Under the pieces are notes generated by a model. It was not told where the DNA came from. It ran no database searches and saw only the letters and a program-made list of their open reading frames with translations. Source: Patescibacteria group bacterium (GTDB lineage: Bacteria; Patescibacteriota; Minisyncoccia; CAIUEV01; JAHKAQ01). Taken from it: a stretch of 64,000 bases of DNA. The stretch covers positions 566-64,565 of the forward strand of contig JAYEHH010000037.1 of assembly GCA_034716235.1 (NCBI GenBank), written 5' to 3'. This document shows positions 10,408-17,548 of this stretch, one piece after another. The position numbers and the translations under genes are program-made. Each line of letters starts with the position of its first letter. Position 1 is the stretch's first letter.

Positions 10408-10608
10408 ATGAAAAGAAAAGAATTAATCCAAGTGAATATAGAGAACTTAGAAGATATGGTAAGCTTAAAGAAAAGCGAGTTGTTGAAGTTAAAGTTGGAT
10501 CTCTCAAAAGGGCAAAATGAGGGAGACATTAGAAAGATTAGAAAAGGTAAAAGAGAATTAGCCCAAATTCTAACCATTATTAAAGAAAAAAAGCAACATG
10601 ATAAGTAA
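10408..10608 (+). CDS. rpmC: 50S ribosomal protein L29
   Basis: 66 aa coiled-coil protein in the expected position; ELLKLKLDLSKGQ pattern. Confidence 0.85.
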   Translation: MKRKELIQVNIENLEDMVSLKKSELLKLKLDLSKGQNEGDIRKIRKGKRELAQILTIIKEKKQHDK

Positions 10609-11026
10609 GAAAACACCGTCAAAAAAATTGGTTAATGACTTGGAAACAAAACCGGTAAAAGCTGGTAAGACAAATCCTGTTTCTAAATCCAAGAAAGTTT
10701 TAGCTAAAAAAAAGACTAAAGCTAAATTGGAATACAAGCGGCCTAAATTGAAATTTGAAAGAATCAATACGGATCCATCAGAAAAGAAAGTTGAGATTAA
10801 GAAAAAAATTCAAGGTGTGGTTGTTTCAGATAAAATGGATAAAACGGTGGTAGTTTCTGTGGTTGGGATTAAGGTTCATTCTAAATACCACAAAAGGTAT
10901 AAAAGGAACAAGCGTTATAAAGTCCATGATCCAGAGAATAAATATAAGATTGGGGATGAAGTGGTATTTTCACCATCTAAGCCTTATAGTAAAGGGAAGA
11001 AGTGGGAGGTAGTAGAAAGTTCATAA
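10598..11026 (+). CDS. rpsQ: 30S ribosomal protein S17 (Lys-rich N-terminal extension)
   Basis: GVVVSDKMDKTVVVSVVGIKVHSKYHKRYKRNKRYKVHDPEN core. Confidence 0.9.
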   Translation: MISKKTPSKKLVNDLETKPVKAGKTNPVSKSKKVLAKKKTKAKLEYKRPKLKFERINTDPSEKKVEIKKKIQGVVVSDKMDKTVVVSVVGIKVHSKYHKRYKRNKRYKVHDPENKYKIGDEVVFSPSKPYSKGKKWEVVESS

Positions 11027-11044
11027 AGTTATAAAGTTATAAAG

Positions 11045-11410
11045 ATGATTCAACCAGAGACAAAATTAAAGGTAGCCGATAATAGTGGAGCTAAAATGAT
11101 TAAGTGTTTTCGTGTCCTAGGAGGAACCAGGAAGCGTTATGCTAGATTGGGAGAAATTATTGTCGCCTCGGTAAAGGAAGCTGAGCCAAGAGCTTCAGTT
11201 AAGAAAAAAGAAGTGGTTAGAGCAGTTATTGTTAGGCAGAAATCTCCTCACCGCAGAGCAGACGGTACCTATATTCGTTTTGACGAAAACGCTGCCATTA
11301 TATTAGACGGAGAAGAAATGAAAGCTACTAGGGTGTCTGGTCCTATTGCTCGGGAGATACGAGAGAAAGGATTTAAGAAGATTATATCTTTAGCTCCAGA
11401 AGTTTTATAA
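11045..11410 (+). CDS. rplN: 50S ribosomal protein L14
   Basis: [27 protein letters not shown] canonical L14. Confidence 0.96.
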   Translation: MIQPETKLKVADNSGAKMIKCFRVLGGTRKRYARLGEIIVASVKEAEPRASVKKKEVVRAVIVRQKSPHRRADGTYIRFDENAAIILDGEEMKATRVSGPIAREIREKGFKKIISLAPEVL

Positions 11411-11418
11411 AAATTTTT

Positions 11419-11727
11419 ATGAAGATCAAAAAAGACGACAATGTTATAATAATTTCTGGCAAAGATAAAGGATTTAAAGGGAAGATTGTTCAGATTGATA
11501 ACAAAAAAGACCGAGTAGTAGTTGATGGTGCCAACTTAATTAAAAAGCATATTAAGTCCTCTAAAAAAGGGGAAAAAGGGCAACGAGTTGAAATACCAGC
11601 TCCTCTGCATATTTCTAATGTTCAACTTTATTGTGATAATTGTAAAAAGGGAGTGAAGGTTAGTTTTGCTAAACAAGAAGATGGATCTAAAAAAAGAATT
11701 TGTAAAAAATGTAATCATGAAATCTAA
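11419..11727 (+). CDS. rplX: 50S ribosomal protein L24 with a C-terminal CxxC...CxxC zinc-ribbon-like tail
   Basis: KOW motif IISGKDKGFKGKIV; C-terminal CDNCKKGVKVSFAKQEDGSKKRICKKCNHEI. Confidence 0.9.
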   Translation: MKIKKDDNVIIISGKDKGFKGKIVQIDNKKDRVVVDGANLIKKHIKSSKKGEKGQRVEIPAPLHISNVQLYCDNCKKGVKVSFAKQEDGSKKRICKKCNHEI

Positions 11728-12499
11728 GAGCCAAGCGAAAAAAACTTTAAATAAAGATAAGAAAGTTTCAAACAAGAAACCGGATTCTATTAAAAGAAAA
11801 CCGGCAATAAAAGTAACGAAAAAAGCGAAAGCGATAAAGAAAAAAAAGAATGTTCCAGGCAAAGGGTTGCAGGCGAGCAATGTATATATCAAATATATCT
11901 CAAAAGTATTGCCTGAAATGATGAAGAAGTTTAAATACAAAAGCCCAATGGCGGTGCCTCGGTTAGAAAAAATTGTAGTGAACACAGGAATTGGTCCTTG
12001 GGTGGATAAAAAAGAAGAAGTAAGGGCTGAGATAAAAAAAGACTTAGGAATGATTTGCGGACAAAGACCAGCTCCTACTAGAGCTAGAAAAGCAATCGCT
12101 GGATTTAATATAAGAGAGGGGCAAGAAGTAGGAATGAAAGTTGTTTTAAGAGGGATTAGGATGTATGATTTTCTAGAAAGATTAATTACGGAAGCTCTTC
12201 CCAGAATTAGGGATTTTAGAGGTATCCCAGAGAAAAGTTTTGGAGAAAAAGGAGAACTGAGTTTTGGAATAAAGGAACATATTTCCTTCGCAGAAATTAA
12301 CAGTGAAGATACAGAGAACATTTTTAGTTTAGAGGTAAGTATTGTAAGTACTAGCACTAATAAGCAAGAAGGAGTAGAGTTATTAAAATTACTAGGATTT
12401 CCGATTAGAAGCGATGAAGAAGCGGGCGTGATGGAGAAAATAGAGCCAGACGCAAAAGACTCTAAAAAGGATAAAACGGGGAAGGCAAAGAAGTCTTAG
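11717..12499 (+). CDS. rplE: 50S ribosomal protein L5 (Lys-rich N-terminal extension; start at ATG 11717 overlapping the rplX stop, alternative upstream start 11666)
   Basis: Core ...MAVPRLEKIVVNTGIG...RPAPTRARKAIAGFNIREG...RDFRGI... Confidence 0.88.
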   Translation: MKSKSQAKKTLNKDKKVSNKKPDSIKRKPAIKVTKKAKAIKKKKNVPGKGLQASNVYIKYISKVLPEMMKKFKYKSPMAVPRLEKIVVNTGIGPWVDKKEEVRAEIKKDLGMICGQRPAPTRARKAIAGFNIREGQEVGMKVVLRGIRMYDFLERLITEALPRIRDFRGIPEKSFGEKGELSFGIKEHISFAEINSEDTENIFSLEVSIVSTSTNKQEGVELLKLLGFPIRSDEEAGVMEKIEPDAKDSKKDKTGKAKKS

Positions 12500-12559
12500 G
12501 GTTGCTTTGAACTTATTTAAAGAGTAAGATTTAACATTATCTTTAACTTGTAGGATTTT

Positions 12560-12745
12560 ATGGCAAGACAGGCTTTAATTGAAAAAGCGAAGAAAACACC
12601 TAAATTTAGCACTAGAAAAGTTAGTCGTTGTTTTAGGTGTGGAAGAAATAGAGGATATTTAAGAAAATTTGGGCTTTGTCGTATTTGCTTTAGAGAATTA
12701 GCAGAACAAGGAAAAATTCCAGGGGTGAAAAAAGCCTCTTGGTAA
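12560..12745 (+). CDS. rpsZ: 30S ribosomal protein S14, Zn-binding type Z
   Basis: 61 aa; [23 protein letters not shown]. Confidence 0.92.
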   Translation: MARQALIEKAKKTPKFSTRKVSRCFRCGRNRGYLRKFGLCRICFRELAEQGKIPGVKKASW

Positions 12746-12769
12746 TTATTAAATAACTTATTCTAACCA

Positions 12770-13159
12770 ATGGATCCAGTCGCTGATATGTTTAGTGGGA
12801 TTAAAAATGCTCAAGCAAGAAAACATTCCGAAGCAGTTTTCCCTTATTCAAATTTAAAATTTGAAATAGCCAAGCTTTTAAAGGCAGAAGGTTATTTGGA
12901 AAATGTTAAAAAGATTAGTAATGGAGATAACAAGTTTAATTTAAAACTAGCTTTAGGTTATGATGACAATGAAGCTAAGATAACCGATATTAAAAGAGTT
13001 TCCAAACCCGGTTGTCGTGTTTATAAAAATCATCGGCAAATCAAAAAAGTTTTAAACGGAGTGGGCATGGCTGTTATTTCAACTTCTCATGGAATTTTAA
13101 CGGATGATCAAGCCAGAAGGAAGAAAATAGGCGGAGAAATAATTTGTGAAATTTATTAA
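12770..13159 (+). CDS. rpsH: 30S ribosomal protein S8
   Basis: MDPVADMFSGIKNAQ ... canonical S8. Confidence 0.95.
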   Translation: MDPVADMFSGIKNAQARKHSEAVFPYSNLKFEIAKLLKAEGYLENVKKISNGDNKFNLKLALGYDDNEAKITDIKRVSKPGCRVYKNHRQIKKVLNGVGMAVISTSHGILTDDQARRKKIGGEIICEIY

Positions 13160-13161
13160 TT

Positions 13162-13710
13162 ATGTCAAGAATAGGTAGAAAGCAAATTAAAGTGCCCGAT
13201 TCAGTTGAAATAAAATTGGATAAAGGCAAGATTGAAGTTAAGGGTCCAAAGGGTGAGCTGAAGTTTGATATCCATAAAAACATTAAAGTTTCTCAGGAAG
13301 CTAATTTTATTATTGTTGAGCCAAAGAATATTGAAAAGCCGGGCAGTAGAGCTCTCTGGGGTACCGTTAGAATGTTAATTGCCAATATGATTAAAGGGGT
13401 AACGGATGGTTACGAGAAAAAATTAGAATTGCAGGGTACCGGTTATAAAGTTGCAGTTTCAGGGAAAAAATTAACTATGGAATTGGGGTTTTCTCATCCG
13501 GTTGAAATTGAAGCCCCGGAGGGGATTGAATTTTTAGTGGAAAAGAATATCATTACTGTTTCAGGCATTGATAAGCAATTGGTAGGAGAGATGGCAGCTC
13601 AAATAAGATTAAAGAAAAGGCCGGAACCGTATAAGGGGAAAGGTATTAGATATGTTGGTGAATATGTCCGTCGCAAAACAGGTAAAAAAGTGGTTGGGGA
13701 AGACGAATAA
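13162..13710 (+). CDS. rplF: 50S ribosomal protein L6
   Basis: MSRIGRKQIKVPDSVEIKLDKGKIEVKGPKGEL. Confidence 0.95.
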   Translation: MSRIGRKQIKVPDSVEIKLDKGKIEVKGPKGELKFDIHKNIKVSQEANFIIVEPKNIEKPGSRALWGTVRMLIANMIKGVTDGYEKKLELQGTGYKVAVSGKKLTMELGFSHPVEIEAPEGIEFLVEKNIITVSGIDKQLVGEMAAQIRLKKRPEPYKGKGIRYVGEYVRRKTGKKVVGEDE

Positions 13711-13725
13711 TAATAAAGATTATTT

Positions 13726-14079
13726 ATGCATTTATTAAGTAGAGAAATTGCTAGAAAGCAGAGGAAAAAAAGGATTCAGGTCAAGGGGACTAAAGATGTC
13801 CCTCGCCTTTCTGTTTATAGAAGCAATAAGAGAGTGTATCTTCAGCTTATAAATGATGATACTCAAAAAACTCTACAAGGAGTAAGAGGTGAAATTTATG
13901 CTAAAGGTTCGCAAGGAATCGCAATGGCTTTTCAAGCAGGAGAAAAAATTGGAAAATTGGCAGTGAAAGCTAAAATAGAAAGAGCGGTGTTTGATCGAGG
14001 TGGGTATAAATTTCACGGACAGATTAAAGCAGTTCATGAAGGTGCTTTAAAGGGTGGACTTAAATTTTCAAAAGCATAA
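13726..14079 (+). CDS. rplR: 50S ribosomal protein L18
   Basis: PRLSVYRSNKRVYLQLINDD...FDRGGYKFHGQIKA. Confidence 0.9.
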   Translation: MHLLSREIARKQRKKRIQVKGTKDVPRLSVYRSNKRVYLQLINDDTQKTLQGVRGEIYAKGSQGIAMAFQAGEKIGKLAVKAKIERAVFDRGGYKFHGQIKAVHEGALKGGLKFSKA

Positions 14080-14103
14080 CAATAAATTAAGTTTTTATAA
14101 TTT

Positions 14104-14628
14104 ATGAGAGAAACACGCAGGAACCAAAACCATGAATTTGAACAAAAGCTTTTAGATTTAGCTAGAGTAACTCGAGTTGTTAGAGGAGGGCGTCGTTTTC
14201 GTTTTAGAGCGACTATGGCCATTGGGAATAGAAGGGGGAAGGTTGGTATTGGAGTAGCTAAAGGAGCAGATGTAAGCAGTGCGATATCTAAAGCTTTCAA
14301 TAAAGCTAAGAAATCAATTGTTCAAGTTAAAATCTATCAAGGCACCATTCCGCATGCTGTAAAATGTAAATTTAAAAGTGCGCGAGTGCTTTTAAAGCCG
14401 GCCAAGAAAGGACGAGGCATTGTAGTTGGGGGGGCGGTAAGGTCTATTGTGGAATTAGCTGGAATTAGTGATATGTCAGCTAAAATTTTAAAAAGAGGAA
14501 ATAAGGTGAATAATGCCATGGCAGCCCTTAAAGGATTAGCTTCTTTAAAAGATTTTAGTAAGGGCAGACAACATTTAAATAGTAGTAATAAGCAAAATGC
14601 AGATTCACGAGTTAAGACCCAAAAATAA
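14104..14628 (+). CDS. rpsE: 30S ribosomal protein S5
   Basis: VTRVVRGGRRFRFRATMAIGNRRGKVGIGVAKGADV. Its stop overlaps the L15 start; no L30 gene lies between them. Confidence 0.95.
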   Translation: MRETRRNQNHEFEQKLLDLARVTRVVRGGRRFRFRATMAIGNRRGKVGIGVAKGADVSSAISKAFNKAKKSIVQVKIYQGTIPHAVKCKFKSARVLLKPAKKGRGIVVGGAVRSIVELAGISDMSAKILKRGNKVNNAMAALKGLASLKDFSKGRQHLNSSNKQNADSRVKTQK

Positions 14629-15052
14629 GTCTAAGAAAAAGAAAAGAATTGGTCGAGGTGGTAAAAGAGGAACCTATAGTGGTAAAGGTTTAAAAGGCCA
14701 GAAAGCTAGGAGTGGGACAGGAGGAACCAATATTACCGAAAAAGGACGATCTTCTTGGATTAAAAGATTCCCAAAATTGGGAGGTTTTAAGGCTACTCGT
14801 CTTGAAAACTTAGTTGTTAAAAGTAGCGTTATTTCTAAAATGTTTAAAGATGGAGAAACGGTTGACCCTCAAATTTTGCTTAAGAAAAATCTCATCAATA
14901 AACCCAAGAGAGGTGTGTCGGGAAAATTACAATTTGTAAAAATCTTGGATGATGGTCCGATTACTAAAAAATTAAATATCAAAGACTGCCTTACCTCTAA
15001 AGCAGTAAAAAAAATGGTAGAAAAAGCAGGTGGAAAGATAGAGAGAAAGTAG
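14597..15052 (+). CDS. rplO: 50S ribosomal protein L15
   Basis: KRIGRGGKRGTYSGKGLKGQKARSG motif. Confidence 0.9.
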   Translation: MQIHELRPKNKSKKKKRIGRGGKRGTYSGKGLKGQKARSGTGGTNITEKGRSSWIKRFPKLGGFKATRLENLVVKSSVISKMFKDGETVDPQILLKKNLINKPKRGVSGKLQFVKILDDGPITKKLNIKDCLTSKAVKKMVEKAGGKIERK

Positions 15053-15062
15053 AAAGCAATTA

Positions 15063-15150
15063 CCAGTATAAAGTAGAAAGTTCATAAAGTTGAAAGTAGG
15101 AACTTGATAACTTTACAAACTTTACAAACTTTTTACTTTACAAACTTGAC
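15063..15150. repeat. Tandem/palindromic array of AAAGTT/AACTTTACA units
   Basis: agtagaaagttcataaagttgaaagtaggaacttgataactttacaaactttacaaactttttactttacaaacttgacaacc; the same unit family occurs at 11023-11044, 17041-17060, 51047-51125, 52300-52365 and 54103-54125. Confidence 0.6.
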
Positions 15151-15158
15151 AACCTTCC

Positions 15159-15974
15159 ATGCCTTTCTGTTACTTCAATAAAAAAATTATTTCTGAGAAA
15201 AAAGCGAGTGTCTCCTTGAGAGATTTAGGATTGCTTCGTGGTTACGGAGTTTTTGAGGTTTTAACATCTCATCAGCAAGAGTTATTTCTTTTTAAAGAGC
15301 ATTTTAAACGTTTACAGAATTCTGCCAAAGAGCTGAGACTCAAACTACCTGTTTCAGAAAAAAAATTAGAGCTTTTAATAAGGAAATTGCTTGTAAAAAA
15401 TAAATTAGCAGAGGCTAGCATTAGGATTGTTTTAACGGGTGGAGTTTCTCAAGATGGAATTACTTTAGGGAAGAAGCCCACTCTTTTTATTTTGGTTAAT
15501 AAAATTCATAGATTCAAAAAATCAAATTATCTTCAAGGGGTAAAGTTAATGACCGTGGATTATCAGCGAGAAATTCCTCGAGCTAAAATTTCCAACTACA
15601 CCAAGGCCATTAAATTGCAAAAAGAAAAAGATAAAAGAGGAGCAATTGAAATTCTGTATACTCACCAAGGTTTAGTTTTAGAAGCATCAACCAGTAGCTT
15701 CTTTATTTTTAAGGGAAACACCCTGATTACTCCCAAGAATAATATCCTGTTAGGCACTGTCAGGGGTTTTATTTTAAAAATTGCTCGGCAAAAATTTAAA
15801 ATTCAGGAAAGAGATTTGCGGTTGGAAGAATTAAAAAAAGCCGACGAGGCCTTTCTCACTGCGACAATTAAAGAAATAATGCCGGTTGTGAAAGTGGATA
15901 ATTTTAATATTGGTGATGGAAAAGTAGGAGAGAATACCAAATGGTTAATGGAGGAATTTAAAAAGAAACAATAA
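15159..15974 (+). CDS. Class IV PLP-dependent aminotransferase (branched-chain/D-amino-acid aminotransferase or aminodeoxychorismate-lyase family)
   Basis: 271 aa; N-terminal LLRGYGVFE motif and overall fold-type IV pattern. It sits where secY would be expected. Confidence 0.55.
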   Translation: MPFCYFNKKIISEKKASVSLRDLGLLRGYGVFEVLTSHQQELFLFKEHFKRLQNSAKELRLKLPVSEKKLELLIRKLLVKNKLAEASIRIVLTGGVSQDGITLGKKPTLFILVNKIHRFKKSNYLQGVKLMTVDYQREIPRAKISNYTKAIKLQKEKDKRGAIEILYTHQGLVLEASTSSFFIFKGNTLITPKNNILLGTVRGFILKIARQKFKIQERDLRLEELKKADEAFLTATIKEIMPVVKVDNFNIGDGKVGENTKWLMEEFKKKQ

Positions 15975-16094
15975 TATGTAAGATTCCCTAGCATTGTTTA
16001 TGTTTTTCATAATTCATCAACTAAAAATATTCAGAGGTGCTCAAGAAATATCTCATCTTATGCGGAGATAATCAAAGGGCGAGATTCTGTGCTT

Positions 16095-16910
16095 CTATTG
16101 TTTCTGTACTAAAATTATAACTTTTTCTCCTTCTAAAATCCTCTCTTTTTTGCCGGGGAAGTCATGAATACTCTCTAACAGATTTTTGTAAGAGTATTGA
16201 AACCCTTCACCTCTTTTGGTACCAGGGTCATTAGTGATAAAGCGTTGTTTTTTCTCGTCATAACCAGTAATTACTAGGGCGTGATATAGTGGTCCGGGTT
16301 GCTTGAAGTAAGGATTAGCCAAAACTCTGCCAGCTACTGGGACTATGATAATAGATCCCTGAGCAAGATATTTTTTTAAATCTTCTAAGAGATAATTTTG
16401 GACCAATTGATATTTGTCTCCATAAAATTCTTGGGCAAGAGTTATTATTTTTTGAGCATCTAAGTCTGTATGAGCTCCGTAATTTTTCTGCTGATAGGCA
16501 ACCATTTTTAAAATTTCAGCTTCTCCTTCCTGTTTAGATAATTTTTTCTCACCCAGTAAATAGTAATGCGCGATAATAATGGCAGCTTCTTCACAGGCCT
16601 CTCCATGGAGATGGTCCCAATTAGCAAAAGGAGCTTGAGGAATGAAAGGAACTGGATTGTTTATTTTTAAAGGGAGAGGATCTGTTGCCTCTGTTGTTTT
16701 TTTGTTTTTTTGGTTGCTTTCAATACTCGTATCTTTTTCTCCTGTAAGCTTGTCTAGCTGAGCAGTATTTTCTTTAATCTCTTTAAAGATTGGGAAATAG
16801 TCTTTAACTAAATTTGATTTCTGGAAAAAATAATAAAATAAACACCCTAAAACAAGAGTACAAACACTGGCGACTAGAACCCATTTAACACACGGTTTAA
16901 TTTTTCCCAT
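16095..16910 (-). CDS. Membrane-anchored C39-like (papain-fold) peptidase domain protein
   Basis: N-terminal TM helix, then QAPFANWDHLHGEACEEAAIIIAHYY (candidate catalytic Cys) and later HALVITGYDE...FITNDPG (His/Asp), as in Peptidase_C39_2-like domains. Confidence 0.45.
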   Translation of the reverse strand: MGKIKPCVKWVLVASVCTLVLGCLFYYFFQKSNLVKDYFPIFKEIKENTAQLDKLTGEKDTSIESNQKNKKTTEATDPLPLKINNPVPFIPQAPFANWDHLHGEACEEAAIIIAHYYLLGEKKLSKQEGEAEILKMVAYQQKNYGAHTDLDAQKIITLAQEFYGDKYQLVQNYLLEDLKKYLAQGSIIIVPVAGRVLANPYFKQPGPLYHALVITGYDEKKQRFITNDPGTKRGEGFQYSYKNLLESIHDFPGKKERILEGEKVIILVQKQ

Positions 16911-17065
16911 AGGAAATTTTAAAGATTTGTTCTTATTTTATAATTTTAGCTTACTTTTCGTCAAAGGAAAACACAGAAAACTGTCTTTGTTTAATTTATT
17001 TTTTCGATTGTTTTAATAAGTGGAGGAGTAGGGTAGATACAGGTTTGTAAAGTTATAAAGTGACT

Positions 17066-17093
17066 TGTCATTCCCGCGAAAGCGGGAATCCCG
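17066..17093. repeat. Module A hairpin repeat core (GTCATTCCCGCGAAAGCGGGAATCCCGG), left flank of the GIY-YIG gene
   Basis: Exact 28-nt core shared with 3171-3200; cccgc-gaaa-gcggg hairpin. Confidence 0.8.
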
Positions 17094-17120
17094 GGAAGCT
17101 ATAGAATCAAACATTAAATC

Positions 17121-17444
17121 ATGAATAAAAACTATTACGTTTATATTGTAACCAATAATAAGAATAGTACTTTCTATATAGGTATCACTAACAATTTAGA
17201 ACGACGTGTCTATGGACATAAACAAGGGATAGTTAAAGGATTTACTAAACAGTATAATCTCAATAAATTAGTATATTTTGAAGAAACAGGAAATGTTATA
17301 TCTGCAATCTCAAGAGAGAAATGTTTAAAAAAATGGAATAGAAAGTGGAAGGTAGAACTTATTGAGAAAGAGAATCCAAAATGGGAAGATTTAACAAACA
17401 AGTTTCTTCTAAAGCATATCGAGATTCCCGCTTCGCTTGTCTAA
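17121..17444 (+). CDS. Small GIY-YIG nuclease domain protein
   Basis: 107 aa; YYVYIVTNNKNSTFYIGITNNLERRVYGH is a textbook GIY-YIG motif; flanked by inverted copies of the module A repeat. Confidence 0.75.
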   Translation: MNKNYYVYIVTNNKNSTFYIGITNNLERRVYGHKQGIVKGFTKQYNLNKLVYFEETGNVISAISREKCLKKWNRKWKVELIEKENPKWEDLTNKFLLKHIEIPASLV

Positions 17445-17514
17445 TGACAGGCAGGTGCCAAGGATAACAAAAGAATAGATTTCTTAATTGAAAATTATTA
17501 TAATGTTTTTAAAA

Positions 17515-17548
17515 CGTACCGGGATTCCCGCTTTCGCGGGAATGACAG
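17515..17548. repeat. Module A repeat core, inverted copy, right flank of GIY-YIG; contains the ATG of the downstream gene
   Basis: cgtaccgggattcccgctttcgcgggaatgacag is the reverse complement of the 17066-17093 core; its terminal gaATGACAG supplies the start codon at 17542. Confidence 0.8.

Noticed and set aside
17488-17541. Upstream TTG start for the lipase-like gene (adds MKIIIMFLKRTGIPAFAG)
   Set aside because: The extension is encoded by the module A repeat. The ATG at 17542 gives a canonical signal peptide.
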